A stretch of 64,000 bases of DNA from Gammaproteobacteria bacterium (GTDB taxonomy: Bacteria > Pseudomonadota > Gammaproteobacteria > CBDBNL01 > JAAOII01), in the NCBI GenBank assembly GCA_965209035.1, contig OZ242372.1, positions 1 to 64,000 on the forward strand, written 5' to 3'. Positions 51,055-61,495 of this stretch are shown here, one piece after another; the stretch's first letter is position 1; the number at the start of each line of letters is the position of its first letter. The notes under the pieces were generated by a model. It searched no databases. It had not been told where the DNA came from and saw nothing but the letters and a program-made list of their open reading frames with translations. The translations under genes were made by a program, and so were the position numbers.

Positions 51055-51597
51055 ATGAAAAAACATGAAAATGTTGGCAGTATGCTAAACAAAGAACTTT
51101 ACAACGGCTTGCGCGCTGCGGGTGTTTCGGATGAGAACGCGCAACGCATAGCCGGTGAGGCGGCAAAGTATGACTTTTACTTTACCACCTTGGATAAATC
51201 TATCAGCGGGCTACGCTCGGATATGGAGAAGTCCAATCTTGCGTTACGCTCGGATGTGGATAAATCTATTTCGGATATGGATAAATCTATTAATGCGTTA
51301 CGCTCGGATACGGAGAAATCCAATCTTGCGTTGCGCTCGGATGTGGAGAAGTCCAATCTTGCGTTGCGCTCGGATATGGATAAATCTATCAGCGGGCTAC
51401 GCTCGGATACGGAGAAATCCAATCTTGCGTTGCGCTCGGATATGGAGAATTCCGCCTTAGAAGTCCAGAGAGATATCAAGAGGCTGGGAGAGAAAATTGA
51501 CAAAATTGCCTTTACAGATCGCCTGTTAATCGGGGTGAATCTGGTAACTCTTGGGGTTGCGTTGACCGGTTTCATTAGTATAGCCCGCATATTGTAA
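51055..51597 (+). CDS. Membrane-anchored coiled-coil protein with 11-aa repeats (DUF1640/CCDC90/Bdr-like)
   Basis: AAGGAG SD then ATG at 51055; head ELYNGLRAAGVSDENAQRIA; 33-bp repeats LRSD(M/V/T)(E/D)KS(N/I)..; C-terminal TM helix. Confidence 0.7.
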   Translation: MKKHENVGSMLNKELYNGLRAAGVSDENAQRIAGEAAKYDFYFTTLDKSISGLRSDMEKSNLALRSDVDKSISDMDKSINALRSDTEKSNLALRSDVEKSNLALRSDMDKSISGLRSDTEKSNLALRSDMENSALEVQRDIKRLGEKIDKIAFTDRLLIGVNLVTLGVALTGFISIARIL

Positions 51598-51639
51598 TTG
51601 CAGCATCCCGGTTCGGCGATTCGGGATGCGGTTTGGGGG

Positions 51640-51681
51640 CGTGCGGACACCAACACGCAGAGTCCAAAACCGGGTGGGATG
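51640..51681 (+). repeat. Direct repeat, right copy
   Basis: See 50922..50963. Confidence 0.9.
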
Positions 51682-51983
51682 ATACACACAAACAACTCTC
51701 GGCGGGTGCGGGGCTCAACAAAAAGGCATCATTGCCCGCCACTTTTTTTGGAGGGGGCGGACGGACACAGACAGAAAAACTTCAAAACTTCAAAGTATCA
51801 AAACTTCAAAATCTCCAAAACCCCGAAAACCGGGCGGGGCGATCTGGCTGGGGCGGAATGAGCTGGCTGGGCTGGGGCGGGATAGAACAAAACAGCGAAA
51901 GGTTCCTCTACCGACGGACCAACGGACCGACCGACAACCGACTTTTTTATCTGTGCTAAAATATCGGTAATCCTAATGGAATT

Positions 51984-53324
51984 ATGAAATCTATCAAAAC
52001 TATGAAAACTACCAAATCTATGGAAACCCGGCAAGAGATAATGAATCACAAACAAGGCACGGAAAACCTTGCCGAGTATGTGCGACAACTGGGGGAAGCG
52101 GCAAGAGCGGCGGCGGCCGTTTTGGCAACCGCATCCACTCAGGTTAAGAACAATGTGCTGCTAAAAATCGCCGATCTGCTGGATGCTCGCCGGGCGGAAC
52201 TTTTGGCTGCCAACGCCCGGGATATGCAACTTGCCGAAACCGGCGGACTGGAAGCCGCACTCAAAGACAGGCTTCTGCTTAATGATGCGCGCATCGATGG
52301 GATGATCACCTCGGTGCGTCAGGTGGCGGAGCTGACGGATCCGATTGGTGAGATAAGCGATTTGAAGTGCATGCCCAGCGGAATTCGGGTCGGTAAGATG
52401 CGTGTGCCTTTGGGTGTTGTCGGCATCATTTATGAATCGCGCCCGAATGTCACTATTGATGCGGCAATTCTGTGCTTGAAGTCCGGCAATGCCTGTATTC
52501 TGCGCGGCGGTTCCGAGGCGTTTCATTCCAACCGCCTGCTGGGCGATATTCTTGCGGCGGCACTGACGGATGTCGGCCTGCCGGCCGCCGGTGCGAGCAT
52601 TGTGGCAACCAAAGACCGGGAGGCGACGCGTCTTTTGATTTCCTCGGATGCCTATTTGGATGTACTGATCCCGCGCGGCGGGCGCGGCCTCATTGAGCAT
52701 GTGAACAACACTGCACGGGTGAATGTGATTAAGCATCTGGACGGTAATTGTCATGTGTATGTCAGCCGGCATGCGGATACGGAGATGGCGGTACGGATTA
52801 CGGTGAATGCCAAGACGCGCCGCTACGGAGTTTGTAATGCGATGGAGAGTCTGTTGGCGGATGTCGCCTGTGCGGGGACATTTCTGCCGTTGTTTGCCAA
52901 AGCACTGGCGGAGCGGGATGCGGTGGAACTGCGCGGTTGCCCGGCAACCTGTAAGATTCTGCCGGAATGCAAACCCGCCGCGGAAAGTGATTGGAGCGAG
53001 GAATACTTGGCGCCGATTTTGTCGGTCAAGATTGTTGACGGCACCGAAGAAGCCATTCGGCATATTAATCAATACGGTTCCAAGCACACGGATGCCATCA
53101 TTACCGACAGTTACGCGGAAGGGCAAGAATTTTTGCGCTCGGTAGATTCCAGTTCGGTGATATGGAATGCGTCCACCGGCTTTGCCGATGGTTTTGAGTA
53201 TGGTCTGGGAGCGGAGGTCGGGATATCCACCGACAAGTTTCATGCGCGCGGCCCCGTCGGCTTGGAAGGCCTAACCTGCCAAAAATTTGTGGTGCTGGGG
53301 CAGGGTGAAACACGCGACAATTAA
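51984..53324 (+). CDS. proA: Gamma-glutamyl phosphate reductase (start may be 52020 or 52041)
   Basis: [66 protein letters not shown] motifs. Confidence 0.96.
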   Translation: MKSIKTMKTTKSMETRQEIMNHKQGTENLAEYVRQLGEAARAAAAVLATASTQVKNNVLLKIADLLDARRAELLAANARDMQLAETGGLEAALKDRLLLNDARIDGMITSVRQVAELTDPIGEISDLKCMPSGIRVGKMRVPLGVVGIIYESRPNVTIDAAILCLKSGNACILRGGSEAFHSNRLLGDILAAALTDVGLPAAGASIVATKDREATRLLISSDAYLDVLIPRGGRGLIEHVNNTARVNVIKHLDGNCHVYVSRHADTEMAVRITVNAKTRRYGVCNAMESLLADVACAGTFLPLFAKALAERDAVELRGCPATCKILPECKPAAESDWSEEYLAPILSVKIVDGTEEAIRHINQYGSKHTDAIITDSYAEGQEFLRSVDSSSVIWNASTGFADGFEYGLGAEVGISTDKFHARGPVGLEGLTCQKFVVLGQGETRDN

Positions 53325-54048
53325 GAAGGCATATGCTGTTTTGGGGGGTGCGTTTGATCCGATTCATATCGGTCATATGCGTGTCCTGATTGAAGTAAGC
53401 GAACTGTTTCCTTTTGAAAAGGTCTTTTTTATGCCTTATGCGCATTCGCCGGTTGGGAAAGAACCCTATGCGGCTGCGGAAGATCGCAAAGAAATGATCG
53501 CAGTCGCCTTAAAAGAATTGCATTCGCCAAAAATCGGTTTGGAAGAATGCGACTTAAAACGAGAGGGTCCTGCCTATACCTGCGACACCTTGGCGGGGTT
53601 GCGTAAAAAATACGGCGGAGAATGTCATTTGAGTTTGATATTGGGCAATGATGTTTACGCGAGTTTGCCGTCTTGGAAAAACTGGCGGTCTTTGCTTGCC
53701 AATGCAAATATTTTGGTGATTAATAGAAATGGCGCAAAAAACGGGGGTTCTGTGCCGGCGGAGTTGCACGCGTTGCGTGCCGAGGAGGAGGGCAGGTTAA
53801 CCAAGGCGGACAATTTTATGGATAGTATCTGCGGTTCTGTGTGCAAGACACAGATTCCTTTATTGGAGGTATCGTCTTCGGCGATCCGCAAGAAACTGCA
53901 TGCCGGTCAGGACCCGGCATATTTGCTGCCGGCAGGCGTGCCGGATTACATACGGGCAAAGAGGCTTTATATGAATAGGAATGTTGATGCGGACAGCCGG
54001 TTTTTGTCGACGAGATCAGACGGGGCCGGTAGGGTCGCCGGAGGATAA
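53305..54048 (+). CDS. nadD: Nicotinate-nucleotide adenylyltransferase
   Basis: [29 protein letters not shown] motifs; start GTG at 53305 is inferred. Confidence 0.92.
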   Translation: MKHATIKKAYAVLGGAFDPIHIGHMRVLIEVSELFPFEKVFFMPYAHSPVGKEPYAAAEDRKEMIAVALKELHSPKIGLEECDLKREGPAYTCDTLAGLRKKYGGECHLSLILGNDVYASLPSWKNWRSLLANANILVINRNGAKNGGSVPAELHALRAEEEGRLTKADNFMDSICGSVCKTQIPLLEVSSSAIRKKLHAGQDPAYLLPAGVPDYIRAKRLYMNRNVDADSRFLSTRSDGAGRVAGG

Positions 54049-54052
54049 GGTT

Positions 54053-54487
54053 TTGACAAAACTTGGCTTAGCCGCTCGATCTAACCTGTCTACCCGGCCT
54101 GCCCGAGACGCCCAACCGGCGCATCCGGCGGCCGGAAAAAAGAGCGGCAAAGTTTTGTCGGCGGATGGAGTCAGAGATCTGGTTCTGCTGTCTTTGGAAG
54201 ATATGAAGGCTGTCCGGCCGGTAACGCTTAATGTGTCCAAGTTAACGGACATGACGGACTATATTGTTGTCGCCGAGGGAAACTCCAAACGGCATGTGAC
54301 CGCCATTGCCGATAAGGTTTGGGAAGATGCCAAGAAGGCGGAGTGCGAGGTTTTCGGGGCGGAAGGGCGGGAACACGGCGAATGGGTCCTGATAGACCTG
54401 AATACGGTGGTGGTTCATCTGATGTTGCCGGAAACTCGGGAATACTACAGGCTGGAGGATCTTTGGCAGGTCGGGGCGGACTACTGA
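54053..54487 (+). CDS. rsfS: Ribosome silencing factor
   Basis: LEDMKA, DYIVVAEGNSKRHV, WVLIDL..VVVHLM...REYY.LEDLW motifs; GGAGG then TTG at 54053. Confidence 0.92.
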   Translation: MTKLGLAARSNLSTRPARDAQPAHPAAGKKSGKVLSADGVRDLVLLSLEDMKAVRPVTLNVSKLTDMTDYIVVAEGNSKRHVTAIADKVWEDAKKAECEVFGAEGREHGEWVLIDLNTVVVHLMLPETREYYRLEDLWQVGADY

Positions 54488-54689
54488 CAGAGTCAAAGGG
54501 CAGAGTAAAAGGGCAGAGTAAACAAACGAAAACGAATGAATACGGGAAAGACTTTCGGGTTAATGATTAGAAGATGATGAGGATATCGGGGGGCAGTTAA
54601 ATGCAAGTAAATGCAATCCAATGCAATCCAATCCAATGCAAACAATCGCAATAAAAAATAAAGCAATAAAGCATTAAAACAATAAAATA

Positions 54690-56561
54690 ATGAAACCTTT
54701 TGCGGACAGTCAAATCAAGGATCCTTTGCAAGAAAGAAGAATCTTTCGGCAGCGTTTAAATATTGTGGTGGTTTTTATCTTTATTTTGTTCTTTTCGGTT
54801 CTCGGACGCGTCTATTATCTGCAAATATGGCGTTACAGTGCTTTGCTGGGGCAATCGCATGACTTTCATATCCGCTTGCGCAGTATATCGCCGGAAAGAG
54901 GGCTGATACGCGATCGGCACGGAAATGTTCTTGCCGGAAATGTTCTTTCTTATGCTCTTTCGGTTCATACCTTACATGTGCAAGATATTAATCAATTACT
55001 CGACAGAATCTCAAGAATTGTTGCGCTGGATAAAGAGGATATAGACAAGTTTCTACGCCAGTATCGCAGCTCTTCTTTCCGCAATGAATTGATTATCTTG
55101 AAAGAAACCTTGACCGAAGAAGAGATTGCGGGAATAGCGGTTGACAAGTATCATTTACTCGGGGTGGAAGTGCAACCGCGTTATCGGCGTTTTTATCCTC
55201 ATCGCCATATGGTCAGTCATGTTTTGGGGCATATCGGCAGACTAACCGAAGAGGAATATGCGGATGCCGATCAAAGCGAATATCAAAATTTCGATCATAT
55301 CGGCAAGTTGGGGTTGGAAGGGTTTTACGAGAATAAATTGCGCGGTAAAAGCGGTGTGGAGGAGGTGGGAGTGGATGCCCACGGAAATGTGGTGAAGGTG
55401 TATCGCCGGGTTCCGGCAGACAGAGGGAAAGATATTTCCTTATGGTTGGATTTTGATTTGCAAAAGTTTGTCTGGAACGCGATGGAAGACAAGGTGGGAG
55501 CGGTCTTGGTCGCCGATGTTGCTACGGGCGGGATCCTCAGCATGGTGAGCAGACCCGCATACGATAACAATCAATTTGCACTCGGTTTGACACAAGCCGA
55601 CTTTTCCAAACTGCTAAAACAACCCGATGCACCGCTGCTTAATCGCGCCGCATCCGGGCGATATCCGCCCGGTTCTACGATCAAACCTTTTTACGCGATC
55701 TATGCGCTTGAAAACGAAATAGTCACTCCCGAATGGACAATTCATGACAAAGGCTATTTCAAACTGCCCAACAGTAATCAGGTGTTTCGCAACTGGAAGA
55801 GAAAGGGGCATGGCGATGTGGCGTTGCGGCGTGCAATACGCGTGTCCTCGGATACCTACTTCTACAATTTGGCTGTTCTCAACGGTTATGAAGGAGTCAC
55901 TCGTTCTTTAAAATCTTTCAGGTTTGGGGAGCGCGGTGCCGCGGATGTTTTTGACGAAATTCAGTTATCGCTGCCGACACCCGAATGGAAAATAGAACAC
56001 CATAACTTGCCTTGGTTTCCCGGTGATACGGTCAACATGGGCATAGGACAAGGTTATCTGCTGGCAAGCCCTCTGCAACTTTTGACGGCAACCCTGATAC
56101 TGGCTAACAGGGGGTTGGATGTGCGGCCGTATTTGGCACATTTCATTGGCAATGCCACCGCTTCGCCGAATGCCGATGAGTACGCGATCCGTCTCTCGGC
56201 GAAACAAGAAAATTGGGATCTGGTGTTTGCGGGGATGACAGATGTGATGCATGATAAAAAAGAAGGAACGGCAAAGTATGCCGGTCTGGGAATGAGTTAT
56301 CGGATGGCGGGGAAAACCGGAACAGCCCAAGTGGTTTCCTTGGATACGGTGGAACGCGCCGAAGAATTGGGATTGAAAATAAAAAAAGAATGGCTGGATC
56401 ATGCGTTGTTTCTTGCCTTTGCGCCTGCGGAGGCTCCCAAATATGCAATTGTTGTTGTGCTGGAAAACGGCGGTTCCGGCTTTAACGCGGCAAAACTGGC
56501 AAGGAAGGTTATGGACTATCTGATGGAAGATAAGAAAATTTCAAGTTTGGAGAAGGAGTAA
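54690..56561 (+). CDS. mrdA: Penicillin-binding protein 2
   Basis: RGLIRDR, YPPGSTIK (SxxK), SSDTYFY, KTGTAQ motifs; next to rodA. Confidence 0.95.
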   Translation: MKPFADSQIKDPLQERRIFRQRLNIVVVFIFILFFSVLGRVYYLQIWRYSALLGQSHDFHIRLRSISPERGLIRDRHGNVLAGNVLSYALSVHTLHVQDINQLLDRISRIVALDKEDIDKFLRQYRSSSFRNELIILKETLTEEEIAGIAVDKYHLLGVEVQPRYRRFYPHRHMVSHVLGHIGRLTEEEYADADQSEYQNFDHIGKLGLEGFYENKLRGKSGVEEVGVDAHGNVVKVYRRVPADRGKDISLWLDFDLQKFVWNAMEDKVGAVLVADVATGGILSMVSRPAYDNNQFALGLTQADFSKLLKQPDAPLLNRAASGRYPPGSTIKPFYAIYALENEIVTPEWTIHDKGYFKLPNSNQVFRNWKRKGHGDVALRRAIRVSSDTYFYNLAVLNGYEGVTRSLKSFRFGERGAADVFDEIQLSLPTPEWKIEHHNLPWFPGDTVNMGIGQGYLLASPLQLLTATLILANRGLDVRPYLAHFIGNATASPNADEYAIRLSAKQENWDLVFAGMTDVMHDKKEGTAKYAGLGMSYRMAGKTGTAQVVSLDTVERAEELGLKIKKEWLDHALFLAFAPAEAPKYAIVVVLENGGSGFNAAKLARKVMDYLMEDKKISSLEKE

Positions 56562-56567
56562 CAAGTA

Positions 56568-57719
56568 ATGAGTGAAAAAATAAACATCATTAGACGGGAT
56601 CCCTATATCCGGGGAGCATCGCCGACATTTGAGAAGCCCCGTTATTTTCGCTCTTTCCATGCGGACCCCATCTTGCTGGGTTTGTTGAGTGTGATGATGT
56701 TGATTAGTTTGACAATGATTTACTCGGCAACGGAGAGTAATTTTTCGTATGTCATCCGTCAAACAATTTTTTATGCGGTGTCTTTTGGATTATTGTTTTT
56801 TATCTCGGGCATAGAAATTTACCGGTTCCGAATTCTGGCTTTCCCGCTTTATGTTTTGGGGATTGCTCTTCTTATCTGCGTCTTACTCTTTGGCATAGAA
56901 ATTAACGGCTCGCGTCGTTGGTTAGACCTGGGTCCCGTTAACTTTCAACCTTCCGAATATATGAAGATTGTGCTGCCATTATTCCTGTGTTGGATACTCA
57001 CCTACAAACCGCTGCCGGTACCCCTGCCACAGTTGTTTTATGTCCTGGTCGCAACTTTGATACCGGCCGGGCTGGTATTTATTCAACCGGATCTGGGGAC
57101 GGCGATGATTATTGTCATCACGGCGGCCTGTCTGATTTTCTTGGCGGGAATCGGGTTACGACTGATTTTGGCTTCTTCACTCATTCTGATTCTCAGTCTG
57201 CCGTTCGCTTGGTATTATCTTTTGCATGATTACCATAAGAATCGTATTTTGGCGTTTTTGGCCCCGGAAAACGATCCTTTGGGGTCTGGCTGGAGCGTTA
57301 TTCAGTCCAAAATTGCAATCGGAACAGGCGGATTCTTTGGCAAAGGGTGGGGGAATAATTTGCAAGGAAGCTTGGATTTTTTGCCCGAAACGCACACGGA
57401 CTTTATATTTTCAATTTTTGCCGAAGAATATGGCATGCTCGGTGTGACTTTTTTGATGTTATTGTATTTTTCTATCATTATGCGTTGTCTTTATATCGCC
57501 ACGGGAGCGAGAGACACTTTTGAACGATTCTTTTGCAGCAGTTTAACTTTTATTTTTTCTATGTATGTATTCATCAATATCGGGATGGTATCCGGTGTGT
57601 TGCCGGTGGTGGGGGTGCCTTTGCCGTTGATCAGTTACGGTGGGACTTCGTTGATTACCTTTTTCGGCGCTTTTGGTATCTTGATATCTGTGCATAATCA
57701 CAATCGCAAGGTTGTTTAA
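56568..57719 (+). CDS. rodA: Rod shape-determining peptidoglycan glycosyltransferase
   Basis: GSRRW, FQPSE, QPDLGT, LPETHTDFIF, GVPLPLISYGG motifs. Confidence 0.95.
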   Translation: MSEKINIIRRDPYIRGASPTFEKPRYFRSFHADPILLGLLSVMMLISLTMIYSATESNFSYVIRQTIFYAVSFGLLFFISGIEIYRFRILAFPLYVLGIALLICVLLFGIEINGSRRWLDLGPVNFQPSEYMKIVLPLFLCWILTYKPLPVPLPQLFYVLVATLIPAGLVFIQPDLGTAMIIVITAACLIFLAGIGLRLILASSLILILSLPFAWYYLLHDYHKNRILAFLAPENDPLGSGWSVIQSKIAIGTGGFFGKGWGNNLQGSLDFLPETHTDFIFSIFAEEYGMLGVTFLMLLYFSIIMRCLYIATGARDTFERFFCSSLTFIFSMYVFINIGMVSGVLPVVGVPLPLISYGGTSLITFFGAFGILISVHNHNRKVV

Positions 57720-58854
57720 ATTTACCTTATTAAAGCGGATTGAAGCGGTTTGGCGGCCGGTTTGGAATCTGGCTTGGCGGCGGCCCGGAATCCGCGGGAA
57801 GTCTCTTTGGCGGCTTTGGCGGCCGGTTTGGAATCTGGCTTGGCGGCTGCCCCGAATCCGCGGGAAGTCTCTCATACTGCTCCCCGTTATCCCGGCATTA
57901 TTGTCTTTTGAAATTCGCGCCGAAACCTTTGCCGAGGATCCGCGCACACAACAATTTGCCCGAGAACTGCAACAACACGGATTGTCTTATGAACAGGTGC
58001 TGTCGGATCTCGCAGCCGCCAAGCGACTGCCGGCGGTGTTGCGTTTGATTCAAAAACAACCGGAGAGCCGGGCGACCTGGCCGGATTACCGTGCCCGGTT
58101 TGTCAATAAACAGCATATCCGAGACGGCGTGAAGTTTATGACAAGGTACCGGCAAACCTTGAAGGATGCCGAAGCCGTGTTTGGTGTGCCTGCCTCGGTG
58201 GTTACCGCCATTATCGGTGTGGAAAGCAATTACGGACGACTTCACAAGACACACAGAGCGTTGGATGCGCTGGCTACTTTGGGCTTTTCGGACTATCGGC
58301 GCGCCGCTTTCTTTCGCAACGAACTGAAAGAATTGTTTCTTTTGGCATCGGAACAACAGAGCAGTGTGCTTTCTTATCGCAGTTCGTTTGCCGGGGCGAT
58401 GGGGTGGGGGCAGTTTTTACCTTCCAGTTATCGCAATTATGGCAAAGATTTTGACGAAGACGGCAAGGTGAACCTGCAAAATAACCCGGCAGACATCATT
58501 GGTAGTGTTGCAAACTATTTGGCAAAACACGACTGGCGGGCGGGCGAACCGATTTTGATCCCCGCCATGATGGTGGCGGTGGCGGAAAGCAACGCTTTAC
58601 CCGAGTTTGGCAATTCACTCAAACCAAACATTAGTTTGCGCCTTGCCAAAAAGCGTTATGGGCTTGTCCCCGCCGTTAGCGACTTTGAAGGGCGGGGGCT
58701 TGTCAGTCTTTGGAAGTTTGCGGGACAGGATCCTCCTTATTGGCTGGGCTTCGATAACTTTTATGTTCTTTCCCGCTACAATCGCAGTTCGCAATATGTC
58801 ATGGCGGTTTTTTTGCTGAGCGATGCCTTGGAAGCGGCGAAGGCGCCTTCTTGA
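57712..58854 (+). CDS. mltB: Lytic murein transglycosylase B
   Basis: AIIGVESNYG, ALATLGF, SFAGAMG..QFLPSSY, SVANYL, YNRS motifs; start uncertain. Confidence 0.9.
   Translation: MFKFTLLKRIEAVWRPVWNLAWRRPGIRGKSLWRLWRPVWNLAWRLPRIRGKSLILLPVIPALLSFEIRAETFAEDPRTQQFARELQQHGLSYEQVLSDLAAAKRLPAVLRLIQKQPESRATWPDYRARFVNKQHIRDGVKFMTRYRQTLKDAEAVFGVPASVVTAIIGVESNYGRLHKTHRALDALATLGFSDYRRAAFFRNELKELFLLASEQQSSVLSYRSSFAGAMGWGQFLPSSYRNYGKDFDEDGKVNLQNNPADIIGSVANYLAKHDWRAGEPILIPAMMVAVAESNALPEFGNSLKPNISLRLAKKRYGLVPAVSDFEGRGLVSLWKFAGQDPPYWLGFDNFYVLSRYNRSSQYVMAVFLLSDALEAAKAPS
57749..57872 (+). repeat. 66-bp-period tandem duplication in the mltB N-terminus
   Basis: WRPVWNLAWR..(G/R)IRGKSL occurs twice; units start at 57749 and 57815. 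Confidence 0.9.
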
Positions 58855-58943
58855 TGCACCTTAAAAAAGGCACTTTATTAAGGTAGGCATTTTAAGAGCA
58901 CCTTAAAAAGCATTAATATCCTATGCCCATAAAATAAAAAACT

Positions 58944-59891
58944 ATGCCAACTATGCCTATCACGAAAAGCCCGATCGTTTTGTTAGGAGATTGCCTGAAA
59001 CACATTGAAAAGACACGCTGTGATATCAGTTTTGTCGACCCGCCGTTCAATCAAGGCAAGGAATACCGATACTTTAATGATAAACAGGACGAAACCGAAT
59101 ATTGGCGTTGGATGCAAGAGGTTCTTGCCTCCCTATTTGAAATTACATCCAACGGCGGGGCGGTTTACTTTATGCAGAGAGAGAAGAATGCGGAGTTTGT
59201 GCTTGAAGCATTACGCAAAACAGGTTGGAAACTACAAAATTTGATTATCTGGAAGAAAATGGCGTCCGCAGTCCCGTGTTCCAATAGATACGGCAAACAT
59301 TATCAGATCATTGCCTATGCGGTCAAAGGAGACAAGCCAAGACTATTCAATCGCTTGCGCATTCAACCGCCCATGCTGCCGCATCACAAACTACCCAGAG
59401 AAAAGGGATTATATGTTACGGATGTTTGGGATGACATCCGGGAACTCACTTCCGGCTATTATGCCGGTAAAGAAGTCCTGCGCGATGAAAACAATAATCG
59501 TTTTCACAAACAACAGGCTCCCATTGCCTTGCTATTGAGGATTTTGCTTGCCTCTTCCATGCCGGGCGATAGGGTGCTTGACCCTTTTGCCGGCACAGGC
59601 ACAACCTGTGTGGTCGGGCAACAATTGGGGCGGGAAGTCACAGGCATAGAGTTGGACCCTCAAAATGTCGCCTATATCAAAAAACGACTGACTCCCGTCA
59701 GAACCGGCGACAACATTGACAAATATCATGTTTATTACGGATTTACGCCAAACCTGGACAAAATATGGGGAGAAGTAGCATCCAAGGCATCCGGGACATC
59801 TAAGGCATCCCGGACATCGAAGAAGCAAAATGAATTTGAAAAACGACAGGACCTATTCCATTTATCATCTGTTTTAAGGATGTCATCTTGA
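58944..59891 (+). CDS. Orphan N4/N6 DNA methyltransferase (beta class)
   Basis: DPPFN precedes VLDPFAGTGTT; GIELD; no adjacent nuclease. Confidence 0.88.
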   Translation: MPTMPITKSPIVLLGDCLKHIEKTRCDISFVDPPFNQGKEYRYFNDKQDETEYWRWMQEVLASLFEITSNGGAVYFMQREKNAEFVLEALRKTGWKLQNLIIWKKMASAVPCSNRYGKHYQIIAYAVKGDKPRLFNRLRIQPPMLPHHKLPREKGLYVTDVWDDIRELTSGYYAGKEVLRDENNNRFHKQQAPIALLLRILLASSMPGDRVLDPFAGTGTTCVVGQQLGREVTGIELDPQNVAYIKKRLTPVRTGDNIDKYHVYYGFTPNLDKIWGEVASKASGTSKASRTSKKQNEFEKRQDLFHLSSVLRMSS

Positions 59892-59895
59892 TAAT

Positions 59896-59937
59896 AAAGG
59901 GACTGTCAAACATTTATTTGTTTAACGGTCCCTTTTT
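59896..59937. terminator. Bidirectional intrinsic terminator between the MTase and lysS
   Basis: Hairpin aaagggactgtcaaaca...tgtttaacggtcccttttt between convergent genes. Confidence 0.7.
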
Positions 59938-59947
59938 GGTTACTCAA

Positions 59948-61495
59948 CTAAGATTTCGAGGGATTTGAGGGCGGTTGTGGTCGCAACTGCGGAAAAAGCA
60001 GGACATCGCGTATGGAGGCGCTGTCGGTGAGAAGCATAATTAGTCGGTCAATGCCGATTCCTTCGCCGGCGGTCGGCGGCATCCCGTATTCCAACGCCAT
60101 AATATAATCCTCGTCATACAGCATCGCCTCGTCATCTCCCTGTCCCTTGGCTTCGGCCTGGGCGCGCAGAACGCGTGCCTGTTCTTCGGGGTCATTGAGC
60201 TCGGAAAATCCGTTGGCAATTTCATTGCCGGCAATAAACAATTCAAATCGGTCGGCAATCGCCGGATCCCGGTCATTGCGTCGGGCAAGCGGAGAAATGG
60301 CAGCCGGATACTCGGTTACAAATGTTGGCAGGATGAGTTCTTTTTCCACTGTTTTCTCAAACAGCGCGTTTTGCAGGTTTGCCAACTTCCAACCGGGCAG
60401 GACCGGAATTGATTTTTTCTCCAAATGCCCGCGCATCAGATTCTCTGAATTTAAAGTTTCTGTGTCAAGTTCCGGATTGAACTTTAATAATGCATCTCGG
60501 TACTTGATTTTTTGGAAGGGCGGCTGCATGTCAATTTTGGTCCCCAGATACACGATGAATGTTTGTCCGTCTTCTTTAAAGGAAGCAACCAGGTCGGCTA
60601 GCAGGGTTTCGGTGAGACGCATCAAATCCGCATAGTCGGCATAGGCCTGATAAAACTCCAACATTGTAAATTCCGGGTTATGCTTGGTTGAGACGCCTTC
60701 GTTACGGAAGTTTCTGTTGATTTCAAACACCTTTTCAAAGCCGCCAACAACCAGTTTTTTTAAGAATAGTTCCGGGGCGATGCGCAGAAACAAGGGCATG
60801 CTTAACGCATTGTGATAAGTTTCAAACGGGCGGGCATTTGCACCGCCCGGCAAACTATGCAACATCGGTGTTTCCATTTCCAAAAATCCTTTTTGTTCAA
60901 AAAAGTCTCTAATAAAAGCGATGATTCGGGATCTGGTGCGAAACAAATCTGCCGATGCGGGGTTCATCAAGAGATCCAAGTAACGGCGACGATGTCGTAA
61001 TTCCTTGTCTGTCAAACCTTTGTGTTTATCCGGCAAGGGACGCAGATTTTTTGCCAATAACCTTAAGCGGTTCGCTTCAATACTCAGTTCGCCGGTTTTG
61101 GTCCTAAATACTTTCCCGCCAACTCCGATAATGTCTCCCAGATCCCATTCCAGAAACTGCTTGTATGTTTCTGCTCCGATCAAATCCGAACGCACATATG
61201 CTTGAAAATCACCGGAGTAATCTCGCAAAGTGATAAACGCCGCTTTACCCATTATTCGCCGGCGCATCACACGCCCGGCAATGGTGTGCTTTGTTTGTTT
61301 TTGTTCCAGCTGTGCGTTATTTAGATCGCCGTAATCGGCATGCAGGGAGCGACTGGTCGCATCCCGCCGAAAATCGTTCGGATAGGGGACCTTGCCATTG
61401 CCGGCATCCAGCCGCAAGGCCGCCAATTTTTGGCGTCGTTGCAGAAGAAGTGATTGTTCTTCGTCCTTACTTTTGGGGTTCTGCGAGTTATTCAA
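59948..61495 (-). CDS. lysS: Lysine--tRNA ligase (class II); likely start TTG 61495, ORF open to 61576
   Basis: YPNDFRR, RRRYLDL, ETPML, RIAPEL, NFRNEG..HNPEFT, GMPPTAGEGIGIDRL motifs. Confidence 0.97.
   Translation of the reverse strand: MNNSQNPKSKDEEQSLLLQRRQKLAALRLDAGNGKVPYPNDFRRDATSRSLHADYGDLNNAQLEQKQTKHTIAGRVMRRRIMGKAAFITLRDYSGDFQAYVRSDLIGAETYKQFLEWDLGDIIGVGGKVFRTKTGELSIEANRLRLLAKNLRPLPDKHKGLTDKELRHRRRYLDLLMNPASADLFRTRSRIIAFIRDFFEQKGFLEMETPMLHSLPGGANARPFETYHNALSMPLFLRIAPELFLKKLVVGGFEKVFEINRNFRNEGVSTKHNPEFTMLEFYQAYADYADLMRLTETLLADLVASFKEDGQTFIVYLGTKIDMQPPFQKIKYRDALLKFNPELDTETLNSENLMRGHLEKKSIPVLPGWKLANLQNALFEKTVEKELILPTFVTEYPAAISPLARRNDRDPAIADRFELFIAGNEIANGFSELNDPEEQARVLRAQAEAKGQGDDEAMLYDEDYIMALEYGMPPTAGEGIGIDRLIMLLTDSASIRDVLLFPQLRPQPPSNPSKS

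Noticed and set aside
51190-51450. 33-bp periodic repeats as a CRISPR array
   Set aside because: The repeats are contiguous, in frame and lack unique spacers; no cas genes are present.
50922-51681. Direct repeats as integron attC sites
   Set aside because: No RYYYAAC...GTTRRRY palindromic structure and no intI gene.
51832-51881. G-run cluster as a functional G-quadruplex
   Set aside because: G-tracts are present but are explained equally well by the local micro-duplication pattern; no functional evidence.
52161-53243. 360-aa antisense ORF
   Set aside because: Shadow of proA.
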